Under the pieces are notes generated by a model. That model saw only the letters and a list, made by a program, of their open reading frames with translations, had not been told where the DNA came from and did no database searches. A stretch of DNA of 62,464 nucleotides, the filler included, from Stramenopiles sp. TOSAG23-6 (lineage: Eukaryota), in NCBI GenBank assembly GCA_900128565.1. It is 25 parts of 25 records of this genome, joined end to end, with 100 filler letters (N's around TTAATTAATTAA, not from the genome) between each part and the next. Parts side by side here need not be neighbours in the genome. Positions count along the whole stretch, not along the records: positions 37,649 to 40,048 come from LT638071.1; positions 40,149 to 42,547 come from LT638072.1; positions 42,648 to 45,043 come from LT638073.1; positions 45,144 to 47,538 come from LT638074.1; positions 47,639 to 50,030 come from LT638075.1; positions 50,131 to 52,521 come from LT638076.1; 19 more parts are not named here. The stretch is one strand, 5' to 3'. Positions within the stretch are counted from its first letter, which is position 1; every line of letters starts with the position of its first letter. The translations under genes and the position numbers were made by a program. Shown here one piece after another: positions 37,726-50,172 of the stretch.

Positions 37726-38362
37726 CTGTAACATCATCTATTAAGTATTCGGGGGGTAATAAAACAAATTCTGCTTGTTAGGGTTCGGTTTTGAGGTACA
37801 CTGGGATTATAGTGAATACATGGGGTAAGTTTGAAAAATATCATCACACAGAAAGAGGTATACGAAATTAGGGCTATAATTGGGGTTTATTAGGGGAATT
37901 GGATTCTGTGACTTACCTTGGGTATCTGTATAGTTTATAATACAAAGGGTTTCAATTATTTAGATTAGTTGGGGTAAAACGTTCATGAACAAATAAGGAA
38001 AACCTGCGTTATAACTCAACTGGGGTAAATTCCGGAAGCAAACAAAAGGGATTGGAGTAATACTGGATAGTAGGGTTAGGGTTGGGGTTTATGTAGTTAC
38101 GTACTTATTGTTGGGTCTTCTGTGTCTGGGATGTGTTAGGTTTTTGTTTTGTTTGAAGTTAAGTAAAGTAAAGTATGTTGTGAACGTTGAGTGTTGATGG
38201 AGGGTGAGGGAAAAATAAAGAATTGAGAACATAAGAAATGAAAAGGGCATAATATTGTTTTACAGCTAGAAACAGAGATTGATTCGTTCACTTACCTTGT
38301 GCATGACCTAACTGTGCTGTGATTAAAAGTATTAAAAGAAGATTTTGTTTCAACATCTGCAT
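37726..38362 (-). CDS. Candidate secreted micro-exon gene; exons 38362-38296, 38125-38105, 37925-37917, 37737-37726; 3' partial
   Basis: A signal-peptide exon, then 21-, 9- and 12-nt exons each bounded by YAG and GTAAGT/GTACGT, all phase 1. Confidence 0.6.
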
Positions 38363-38555
38363 TTGTGATTACTGTTTATAATATTCAACTATAGCTTTGA
38401 AGATAAAAAGTGCATGACATGACAGGCAATGACAGTTTCATTACCGTTGAATAATTGTTACCGGGTAACGTTCTTTTTTAAGAGAAAAAGAAGAAAATAA
38501 TATTCAAAATATGATATATCAACAAGGAGATATCAAATCATTCATTAGCTGCAGT

Positions 38556-40005
<1,450 letters not shown>

Positions 40006-40471
40006 TCAAAAAAAATCTAAAAAAAATTGTTAGGTACAAAATTTCGTANNNNNNNNNNNNNNNNNNNNNNNNNNNNNNNNNNNNNNNNNNNNTTAATTAA
40101 TTAANNNNNNNNNNNNNNNNNNNNNNNNNNNNNNNNNNNNNNNNNNNNTATAGAATTTCAAAGGTTGAGATTATATTAGGTAAAATGGAGACATCTTGTG
40201 ATGAGTATCAAGTTACAGAAGAAGATACAGGGTTCAACCTTAGAAGTACCTTACTGACAAGTTGCTTTATATTTTTTGTTATTGCATCTGCTATTGCCCT
40301 ACACGATTTCTGTGTTCATCAAGACGAATGTCCTGTTTTTATGTGGCGTTACCCGGTAACTCATTATTTCGTGGGTGGATTTCGTGACACGTCAACAACG
40401 GTTGAAAGTCAGTGCAAAGGACGAGTGTGACTGCCATTGTGAGACTTCAAACTAAGATAATTCATCGAACA

Positions 40472-41914
40472 ATGAAAATACGCACTATCTCTCGTTCAGT
40501 GCGAGAGCACACTCGCGAGCGCCCTCAAGATTTGCAGCGTGTCCATCGTAACTTAGATCCAGCATTGCACCCATTTTCAAAACAACGGGAATTTGTTCGT
40601 GCTGTAAATGCTTCAAAACTCAATAAAATATTTGCCAAGCCGTTCATTGCCCAGTTAGAAGGTCACTCTGACGGCGTATACAGTTGTGCGACTAGTCCTT
40701 GCAGTTTAGTTGCATTTATATCTGGAGATGGTCAAGGTGTTGTTAAAGTGTGGGATTTGGCGCATAAAAAAGAACTATGGTCGGTCAATGCGCATCGTGG
40801 TGTTGTACAAGGTCTGAAAGTCTCTTCTGATGGTCGTTTTTTCTTTTCTTGTGGTAAAGATAAGACCGTGCAACAATACCGACTTGGTGTCCGCGATGCG
40901 GATTCTGCAGTATTAGATACTAGTGATTTCGAAGAAGACAGTGATTCCGATGATGAATTTGATAGAAAAAGACTGAAAGGCAAGGGACACGCCAGTGGTA
41001 ACGGAAAGTGGCAAGCAAAGGCTGTGAATTCTTGGACTGGAACAACTCCGTTTAATGGTATTGATCACCATTGGCGTACAAACACATTTGCAACTTGCAG
41101 TGACAAGATTGAAGTGTGGGATCATAGTCGAAGTTCGGCCCTTTCTTCTTTCACATGGGGGGCTGATAAAATCCGCTCGTGTAAGTTCAATCCTGCAGAA
41201 GCAACACTCCTTGGTAGTGTAGCAAATGACAGAAATATAGTACTTTATGATGTCCGTGGGAACACCCCAATGAAAAAAATTATAATGGAAATGAGTAGTA
41301 ATGCACTTGCCTGGAATCCTATGGAGCCGATGAATTTTACAGTGGCCAATGAAGATAATAATTTATATACTTTTGATATGCGTAAAATGGAATCTGCACT
41401 CATGGTACACAAAGATCACTTGAGTGCTGTCATGGATATTGCGTATTCACCAACGGGTCGTGAATTTGTCTCTGGTGGATATGATCGCACAGTAAGAATA
41501 TTTAATGCTCGCAAGGGTAAAAGTAGAGAAGTGTACCACACAAGGAGAATGCAACGCATATTTTGTGTTAAATTTAGTGCTGATGCCCAATATGTCCTCT
41601 CTGGTTCAGATGATACGAATGTTCGTATTTGGAAGGCACAAGCATCGAAGGCACTTGGTCGACTTTTACCCCGCGAAAAGAATAAACAGAAATATCATAG
41701 TGCTATTGTAAAGAAATATTCTGAAGTTGGAGATATTAAGAGAATATCTGGACATAGACATTTGCCAAAGGTTCTGTTGAAAATGAGGATGAGAAAAGAT
41801 GAACAATTGAAAAAGAACACAAGAAAGCTTAAAAACAGAAGGAAACATTCGAAACCTGGAAGTGTTGTCACCTTACCTGAAAGAAAGAAACAAATTGTGA
41901 GAACATTTGACTAA
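40472..41914 (+). CDS. DCAF13: DCAF13/Sof1 WD40 protein (U3 snoRNP, SSU processome)
   Basis: MKIRTISRS, RNLDPALHPF, WNPMEPMNFTVANED and YHTRRMQR motifs. Intronless and complete. Confidence 0.96.
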   Translation: MKIRTISRSVREHTRERPQDLQRVHRNLDPALHPFSKQREFVRAVNASKLNKIFAKPFIAQLEGHSDGVYSCATSPCSLVAFISGDGQGVVKVWDLAHKKELWSVNAHRGVVQGLKVSSDGRFFFSCGKDKTVQQYRLGVRDADSAVLDTSDFEEDSDSDDEFDRKRLKGKGHASGNGKWQAKAVNSWTGTTPFNGIDHHWRTNTFATCSDKIEVWDHSRSSALSSFTWGADKIRSCKFNPAEATLLGSVANDRNIVLYDVRGNTPMKKIIMEMSSNALAWNPMEPMNFTVANEDNNLYTFDMRKMESALMVHKDHLSAVMDIAYSPTGREFVSGGYDRTVRIFNARKGKSREVYHTRRMQRIFCVKFSADAQYVLSGSDDTNVRIWKAQASKALGRLLPREKNKQKYHSAIVKKYSEVGDIKRISGHRHLPKVLLKMRMRKDEQLKKNTRKLKNRRKHSKPGSVVTLPERKKQIVRTFD

Positions 41915-41964
41915 AATAGTTCAATAAAAGACATTGAACAAACACATTTTTATTTTTTATTTTC

Positions 41965-42547
41965 TTAGGATCTTTTACTTTCCTCATATTTAAGAAATTG
42001 TTCATATCGTTTTCCAAAGTTTTTCAAATTAGTTTCTTTTTTATTCAGGTCACTACCTTTCTCTATCACATCGAGCAGTCCCTGAAATTTTCGAGGGTAT
42101 TTTCTATTTTTTTTCAGATCTAAATATTTTTTCCCTGATAAATCTGCTCCAGGTGCTTCAACTAATGAAAATATATCTTCTAACAATTTATCTGTACTTT
42201 TAACTAATCCTAACTCATTTCCTTGATGTGATATCATACTTCTTTGTTTTTGATGTTTAGAAATTTGTTTTTTTCTAGGATTTCTTGTAGCAGTTGAAAA
42301 TTGATTGTTTCTATCCAATGAATGTGTTAGTTTTGATTCTATTTCTAGCAATTTTTTTTTTTTTAACTGCAAAGTCTTCATTCGAGAGGACATACTTTTA
42401 AATCTTTTTATTTTCGGAATACTACAACTACTAATATGACCTTTGGATATGAGATTTTGATCCAATTCATTTGTATTACCTACAGTATTTATTTGAAATT
42501 CAAATGGTTTCAATAAATATTTTTTGTTTCTCTTATATTGTCTGTTC
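41965..42547 (-). CDS. Hypothetical basic protein, C-terminal part
   Basis: ORF of more than 180 aa, convergent with DCAF13. Confidence 0.5.
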
Positions 42548-42931
42548 NNNNNNNNNNNNNNNNNNNNNNNNNNNNNNNNNNNNNNNNNNNNTTAATTAAT
42601 TAANNNNNNNNNNNNNNNNNNNNNNNNNNNNNNNNNNNNNNNNNNNNGTACAAAATTTCGTATGAAAAAATAAATAAATTTGAAATTCATTATGAAAACG
42701 TAAAAAAACAAACTCAAAAAAAATCTTTTTTGTTTTTTTGTTTTTTTGTTTTTTTGTTTAGGTACAAAATTTCGTATGAAAAAATAAATAAATTTGAAAT
42801 TCATTATGAAAACGTAAAAAAACAAACTCAAAAAAAATCTTTTTTGTTTTTTTGTTTTTTTGTTTTTTTGTTTAGGTACAAAATTTCGTATGAAAAAATA
42901 AATAAATTTGAAATTCATTATGAAAACGTAC

Positions 42932-44553
42932 AGGGGGCACACAATGTAAAACTTCTTCAAATCTCTTGATAATGTCATTCGGAGAGATTGGGATGAAATG
43001 AATATTTTCATTGATGTGTAAGTCATTTTGATTATTTGTATACTTTTTTGTATTTTGATTATTTGTATACTTTTTTGTATTTTGATTATTTTTATAATTT
43101 TTTGTATTTTGATTATTTTTATAATTTTTTGTTTGAGGGTTAGGGTTAGAGTTAGGGCTGCTCTTGCCAACATTCGATTTCGAAATTGAATCTGGATCCA
43201 ACTGTAACGATTTCGTGCCTAGAGAATTTTGCTGATTTTTTCGATTTTTCCGTTTTGATGATTTTGAGGAGAGAACTGTTGTGAAAAAATATTTTTTTTT
43301 TCCGTAAAAAAAAATTTGTTAGGTACAAAATTTTGTACCAAAAAACAATATATCAAATTTAATTTTGAAAACGTACATGAACGGATGGAAGAAAGAGATT
43401 TTGACTTTGCAGGGAGAGATTGTTGTTCCACAGACATGCAATGTGTAGAAATATTAAACGAAAAAAATCAGTTAGGTACGAAATTTTGTAACGAAAAAAA
43501 AATAAAATTCATCATGAACCCTAACCCTAACGTACATAACACCAGTAATAAGTTCCATCTGAAGTTTTTCAATTTTGGAGAAAACCAAATCTCCACCAAA
43601 ATATTCAATGTATTTTGGGTAAATATTTCAAAACTGTACAATGCATTAGGTAAAAAATTTTTTTAGTAAAAAAAATGTAAAAAAAGGTAGGTATGAAATT
43701 TCGTATAAAACAATTTAAAATTTGAAATGAAACGTTAAAACATGCATACATTCTTTTTGAAGAGTTTTTAAAACGGCCAATTTTTCATTCTTTTTTTTCT
43801 GTTCAGTCTGTTCAGTAGTACATATTGTATTCAAGTCATTACATTTTGTATCGGTTTTTGTAGTAAACTCTGTATTAGGGTTATTAGGGTTATTAGGGTT
43901 AGGGTTATCCTGATCAACACATTCTAAGATATGTTTGTATTTATTAGAATTCCAAATCTCTTCGGTTTCATTCATAACTAAAATAGACCCTAACCCTATT
44001 GAATCTATATACTCTTTAGGGTTGGGTAGCATTTGTAATTTTGACGTACAATTTAATATTTCGTGCTTTTCCCGTCGAGCCATTCCAATGTCAGTGTATC
44101 TCTCTGCCAAAACAGTTTTATTCCATATCAAATGTTTGGAATCCAATTTTTTTTTTTTATTACTTTTTGTATTAAAATTATGACTTTTTTTACTATTACA
44201 CTCAAATTCTTCATTATAGAGCGACTTTGATGCACAATCTACAGTATCTCTTGCTTCCTCATCTTCAAACAATTCATAACCAAGACCAAGTTTTGACGCA
44301 ATAACATGTTGGAAAAAAAATATGTTGTAGACGTTGAAAAATTCGTTAGGTACAAAATTTCGTACGAAAAAAAAATTATAAATTTTAAATTCAATTAGGG
44401 TTAGGGTTATGTACACTTTGTAAACTAGAATCTTGAAGTAATGGTTCAAGTAAGTCCGAAGACCGATCTAATACAAGCATTGTTGCTCTATCATCATGAA
44501 ACCAAAATTCACTTGAATCTGCTATTTTTCCTTGTACGGATTCGTCAATTTGA
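42932..44553 (-). CDS. Sec1/Munc18-family protein, internal exons; introns 44306-44414 (GT-AT), 43608-43745 (GC-AT), 43436-43535 (GT-AT), 43276-43376 (GT-AG)
   Basis: ATMLVLDRSSDLLEPLLQDSSLQS resembles the Sec1 LLILDR..D...PLLH motif, and KIEKLQMELITG resembles LEQ.L.TG. Confidence 0.7.
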
Positions 44554-44659
44554 ATGTATTTTGGAAAAATATTTCAAAAAAAAAAAACTAAAATTTGTTA
44601 GGTACGAAATTTCGTACGAAAAATAAATTCGATTTTTTTGTAAAAAAAAAAATAAGTAC

Positions 44660-44991
44660 ATGTTTCTAAATGCTTCGATATCACCAAGTACACCAGGATT
44701 TACAAAATTGATCATGGCCCAAAATTCTTCTAAATTATTTTGTAATGGTGTGCCTGTTAAAATGAGTCGTTTCGCAGATTTAAACTTAGCTAAGGCACGC
44801 ATGGATTTTCGAAAAATATTTCAAAAAAAAATCGTTAGGTACAAAATTTCGTACGAAAACAAAAATCAAATTTGAAAAAAAATAAAACATACATTGTTTT
44901 TGTCGATGATTTACTTTTCAATCGATGGCCTTCATCACATACTAAAACTGCATTTTGTAAAGTTTTCAGCAAATCAGAATGTTTCCTGTAC
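44660..44991 (-). CDS. SNF2-family (RAD54-like) helicase exons 44991-44893 and 44800-44660
   Basis: VCDEGHRLKS and LTGTPLQNNLEEFWAMINFVNPG motifs. GT-AT intron at 44801-44892. Confidence 0.9.
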
Positions 44992-45224
44992 ATATATTGT
45001 AAAAAAAATTAAATTCGAAATTTGTTAGGTACAAAATTTCGTANNNNNNNNNNNNNNNNNNNNNNNNNNNNNNNNNNNNNNNNNNNNTTAATTAATTAAN
45101 NNNNNNNNNNNNNNNNNNNNNNNNNNNNNNNNNNNNNNNNNNNAAAAAATCTAAAAAAATTTGTTAGGTACAAAATTTCGTATGAAAAAAAATAAATTCG
45201 AAATTCAAAAAAAATAAAACATAC

Positions 45225-46466
45225 ATGACAAATCGTCGATAAAATATTACGAATAATTACAAGAACTTTCTGAATCGGCAAGTTATCATTCTCTGCACAA
45301 TAATATGTGTGTGTGTCGATTGTTTGATAAAAAGAGGGTTTTGCCGCTACACGAAATAATTTTTCGAGATGTTTTATTGTTTCATCTCGAAGATTTCTTG
45401 GATGTTTTAAGAGAGTACGGATTTCATTTGGAAAATTTAAATTGTTTATGGTAACCAGCATCAAATCATGTAAAACTGTATGAACTGCAGTAAAATTACC
45501 ATTGATAAGTAATGTATTGGACAGTAATACAAGATATTTCTCATCTCGTAGTAAAATTTCTTTTTTTTGAAAACCATACTTATTATTAGGGTTAGGGCTA
45601 TTTTTGCTTCTCATATTTTCCAAAGTACGAATTTGATGATCAATATACAATGCATCTTTATTATCAATGCACCAATGATTTAGCATTGTGATACATTGTG
45701 ACGTATGTAACTCATCGAATTCAATTATTTGATTAAATAAGTTAATGGCACGATTTCGACCTGGTAGAAGTTCAAATGCACTGTTAAAGCGAACTAACTT
45801 GTTATTTCTGAGGGAGGCTACCCATTTTTCATTGCCGAGCTTTTTCTTGATAAAAGCTTCAACTTCCACATTAAGTATATCCGACTTATTCATTGAATGA
45901 TCAGATAAGAACATTCGAAGTTTCTCCTGGGCGTTCTTCGTAGGGGTTGAGGTAGGTTCAAAAATTGCAAGTTGTTTACCATATTTCTTAACAATGTTTG
46001 CAACTGCTAAGCATTCGGCGTTTAATTCTTTTTTACATTTCTGAACATTCGTTTTCGATGTGGATGAATCATAACGCATCATATTCAAAAGCGAAAGTGC
46101 ATGATTTGTTATTGTAGTAGCGTCAGCGGAAGTCTGACTATGCCATAGTAGCGTGGTGCAATCACTACTGTCAGCCTCACCCTTGGCAACCCACATGTTA
46201 AACAATCGAATAGCCTCTCTACGTCCACTATCACCTCTAGAACCAAGTATATCAAGCAACTTGCTTCGTTTATGAATATCTATAACTACATCTTTATCAA
46301 TATAGTCAGATGAACGGAAGTCTGTCGGAAGTTGCGTGAGCGAAGGCAAAGTCAATTCTTCAAGTCGAAAGAGTTTGGGAACGAGCCATGAAAACGTGGA
46401 CCTAGCATAACTACCGAGAACAACATGGTTAATTTTCATTCTCGCTGCGGGAACCATGCGAAACAT
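45225..46466 (-). CDS. Hypothetical helical-repeat protein, first exon
   Basis: ORF of more than 400 aa with an internal repeat (GRREAIRLFN / GRNRAINLFN). Donor at 45224. Confidence 0.65.
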
Positions 46467-46788
46467 TATTAATAGGTTGAAGAGGCGACCACTATGATAC
46501 TTTCTAAAACAATACACATTGGAAGAAGATTTGGAAACTAGTAATTACACTATAGGTACTGTGAAAGCACTACCTACGTACTACTACGAATTCCAATGAA
46601 CTAGCTCTTTGGTCAAAATGGCAGATTTTTGAATTGACCGCGATTTTCAAATATTCCGTCCATCAAAAAAATCACGAAACCTGAAATCCATCACCACATA
46701 GCTACTCAAGAATTATAGTAGGATTGATTAGTTAGCTTAGCCTTATAGTGTAGGATCAGCGCGATGGAGTGACTTTACAAATGCTTTA

Positions 46789-47480
46789 ATGTCCCTACAG
46801 CAATACAGCATTGTTTTAAAGAGGCTTGTGCAGAGAGCCCCGTGTAGAGTTTCGTGGGTAAATGGAATAAATAATACGGAAGATGACTCTGCTGATGTAA
46901 CAGATTTTTTGTCTGATTCGTTTGGTCAAAAGTGTCATCATTACTGGAATCCTACGAATGGCTTAACTTTCGGTACTCCATTGGAAGATTTATGGGAATC
47001 AGCGACATTGAAACTTGGTTTCGATACGCCCACTATACATGGTTTAGCCGATCACTTGTCAAATCTTGTGTCAAGTCTGGATGGTGTTCCGGATGGAAGA
47101 GTTGTACACGTAGCTCACAGTCAGGGTGCTCTCCTAACTTGGCGAGCAGCTGCTCTTCTAACAGCACAGCAAAAATCACGTATTGAAGTTCTGACATTTG
47201 GTGCTGCGCATTCCATTGACGCGTCTGCAGGATTTCGACGAGTGATGAATTACTACAGTATGGACGACCCCTGTCTTCGACTGGACAAAGCTGCTTTTAG
47301 TGCATGGTCTAAAGTTTCGAAAGCACAGATAAAAGAGGCTTCCAAATATGTTAAAAACAAAAATATAGGTTTAGATATGCTTTCATGGAGTGATTATTCA
47401 ATGGATAATAATAGAGAACTAATATCTGTTTCAGAAAAGTTGAAGGCAATGCAGGAAATAGCTATACAGAATGAAAATTG
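46789..47480 (+). CDS. Alpha/beta-hydrolase-like protein (DUF687-like), first exon
   Basis: VNGINNT and HVAHSQGAL nucleophile elbow. Donor at 47481. Confidence 0.7.
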
Positions 47481-47638
47481 GTACGTTTTCAAAATTGAAT
47501 TTCAAATTTTTTCGTACGAAATTCCGTACCTAACAAATNNNNNNNNNNNNNNNNNNNNNNNNNNNNNNNNNNNNNNNNNNNNTTAATTAATTAANNNNNN
47601 NNNNNNNNNNNNNNNNNNNNNNNNNNNNNNNNNNNNNN

Positions 47639-48461
47639 CATAAAATAATGAAACCCCGTCAAATTTTGTTACGTAGTTTTCTACCTAAACATTTAATTAT
47701 TGATATTTGGGACACAGAAGAAAATCTACACAAAAATAAGACTGTACCGGAACAGAATGGTTCGTGTAATGGTTTTGATGATGATAATGATGATAGTGAT
47801 GATGATGAAGTAGAAGATCAACCTGGTCTACCTGTGATATTGACACGAGGTAGTTGTTGTGATGGTCATCAATGTCATGTGACATGTACGTTTTCATCAT
47901 GAATTTCAAATGTATTGTTTAAATGTATTGTTTAAATGTATTGTTTAAATGTATTGTTCAAATGCATTGTTCAAATATATTTGTTTACATTTATTCATTT
48001 TGTACTAAATTATTCACCTGACAAATTTTGAATGTGACATATTTTTCACCAATTTATGTAACGCCCAGGAAACATTACCATATGTATTAAAACACTTATC
48101 CAAATTATCCGATTACTCTGTTACAAAAGAAAATTCGATTCAAATGAATGCGACGTTACATCGTATTTGTACTGACATTTTGACATTACAACTTGAGCAT
48201 GTCATGACCGCCATATGTAATTCAAAGCTTGAAGCTAAAGATATTCAGCGAATACGTGTGTATTTTAACAAGAAAATTAGTAACATGATGAGTAAGTGTA
48301 ATGTTGATGCTGAAGAAATATTGAAGAAAGCAGTTTTATCAGAACTAAATCAATCTATACCCGATTCCCAATCCCAATGTGTTGTGATATCTGTATTACC
48401 TGTAACAAACTTGTCTCACAAGGCAGCGTTTGCCCTTCACGTGGAAGTTCAACGAGGATAA
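47639..48461 (+). CDS. 3' exons of an unknown protein (possible YjgF-like C-terminus); GT-AT intron 47886-48057
   Basis: Frame is continuous after intron removal (HVTCNAQETL). Confidence 0.55.
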
Positions 48462-48544
48462 ATGTATGTATACTAAGTTTTAGGTACGGACGACATTGTT
48501 TATGAAAAAAATGTTTTATTATCACACAATAAAAAAAAGATTCT

Positions 48545-49072
48545 TCAACCGAATAATTCGTATAATTGAGCCCTCAATGCTAACATCTCCGCAGAACTTA
48601 GAAATGGTTTTCTTGGCGTGTTTTGAGCAGTTTCACGAATGAATTCCCAAAATGCCTGTCTCTCTTGCCGTTCCCTTTCATCTTTTTCGTCTGCGTCTAA
48701 GTTTGCTTGTCTGGCTGCTAAACGTCCTTTAGAATCTAGTTTTGGTTTCTTTGGCGGTTTTTGAAGGTAATACCAAAATAAGTCCTCTAATGTTTTAGCT
48801 GCTTTAAGTCCCTGTTTTTCCCTCTCTTTAGCATGACCTTTTAGAGCAGGACTATACCACCTATTATTCGTCTGACTCAACAAGGCTTTCCAACCTTTTT
48901 CCGGCGGCATTTGTTTTATGTAATTCGTTATATCCTCAATTGAAAGCTGAGAATTAAGTGGCTGAGTTCCAGCCTTAATTACTAAAAAGTAAAAAGATAA
49001 ATTCAATATTTTGATCAAGAGCATTGAAATAATGATATTTTGAAAGTGATGATAAGTTTTATAAAAATGCAA
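48545..49072 (-). CDS. Hypothetical protein with hydrophobic leader
   Basis: 175-aa ORF; start uncertain. Confidence 0.55.
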   Translation of the reverse strand: MHFYKTYHHFQNIIISMLLIKILNLSFYFLVIKAGTQPLNSQLSIEDITNYIKQMPPEKGWKALLSQTNNRWYSPALKGHAKEREKQGLKAAKTLEDLFWYYLQKPPKKPKLDSKGRLAARQANLDADEKDERERQERQAFWEFIRETAQNTPRKPFLSSAEMLALRAQLYELFG

Positions 49073-49265
49073 AAAAGCGTATGGTATCTTACTGGTACCC
49101 CGAACATGTAAAACAAAAAAGCGAACGTTTATTAATTAAGTTTTTTAACGGAAAAAAATTCAAATCCATATGGTGTTGACACAACAGATATAGATACATC
49201 ACACACACGGAACACATAGTAGTACATTTTGAATATTACATGCTAATGCTGACCAATAGATAAAT

Positions 49266-49712
49266 ATGCACCGTGCACTTAAACTTGCTAGAGCTAGTGG
49301 CGAAACTATAGTGTTAGATCGCGGGAAGCACGTGCCTGCTAAAATCTGCGTTGTATGTAAGAGACTTTTTACTTGGAGAAAGAAATGGGAAAGATGTTGG
49401 GATGAGGTGTCAACCTGCTCAAAGCAATGTAACAAACAGAGAAAACGAGAACTGCGGAATGCAAAACGTAATACTGATAGAGCCACGAAAGTGTCATTGG
49501 AACCAAAGATAAAGGGACAAAAACGTTGTACGTTGTGCTCAAAGTATTCCAATACACTTATTAGATGTTCCATATCTCCTGGAGGTAAAAAATGGATTTT
49601 CTCATGTGGTTCCTGTTGGAGAAAACCAGAAGTTGCAAACGGTGTAATCGATGGTCATAAATCAAATCCACATTATAGATATGGTGGTCTCTGGAAAAAT
49701 CTTCATGTTTAA
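49266..49712 (+). CDS. DUF2256-domain protein with a second Cys-rich domain
   Basis: PAKICVVCKRLFTWRKKWERCWDEVSTCSKQC and YRYGGLWK. Confidence 0.85.
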   Translation: MHRALKLARASGETIVLDRGKHVPAKICVVCKRLFTWRKKWERCWDEVSTCSKQCNKQRKRELRNAKRNTDRATKVSLEPKIKGQKRCTLCSKYSNTLIRCSISPGGKKWIFSCGSCWRKPEVANGVIDGHKSNPHYRYGGLWKNLHV

Positions 49713-50172
49713 ATGTATGTGCACTTAAAAGTAGAACCATTGTTTTATTTAAATAATACAAAAGTTCAAAAAAGAATAATAAAAAATAGTTCCGACATAT
49801 TTCGTACAGTTGCGCCCTGTTTTTTTTTTGTAGTTAATTTTGTACCTAACAAAAACCAAAAAAAATATATATTTCATACAGTTGCATCTTGAACAATAAT
49901 GAAATTAGTCTTTATCGTACTATCAAAATCGCATCACCTGAAATTGAAATCATTGAGTAAATGTGATTACTATCGACACGTATTTTGGAAAAATATTTGA
50001 AAAAAAAATCGTTAGGTACAAAATTTCGTANNNNNNNNNNNNNNNNNNNNNNNNNNNNNNNNNNNNNNNNNNNNTTAATTAATTAANNNNNNNNNNNNNN
50101 NNNNNNNNNNNNNNNNNNNNNNNNNNNNNNAATAAATTCGATTTTTTTTGTTTAAAAAAAAATAAAACATAC

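Noticed and set aside
38285-38300. U1 snRNA 5' end (ACTTACC)
   Set aside because: No U1 stem-loops are recognisable. It is better explained as the reverse complement of a CAAG|GTAAGT donor, as at 37911.
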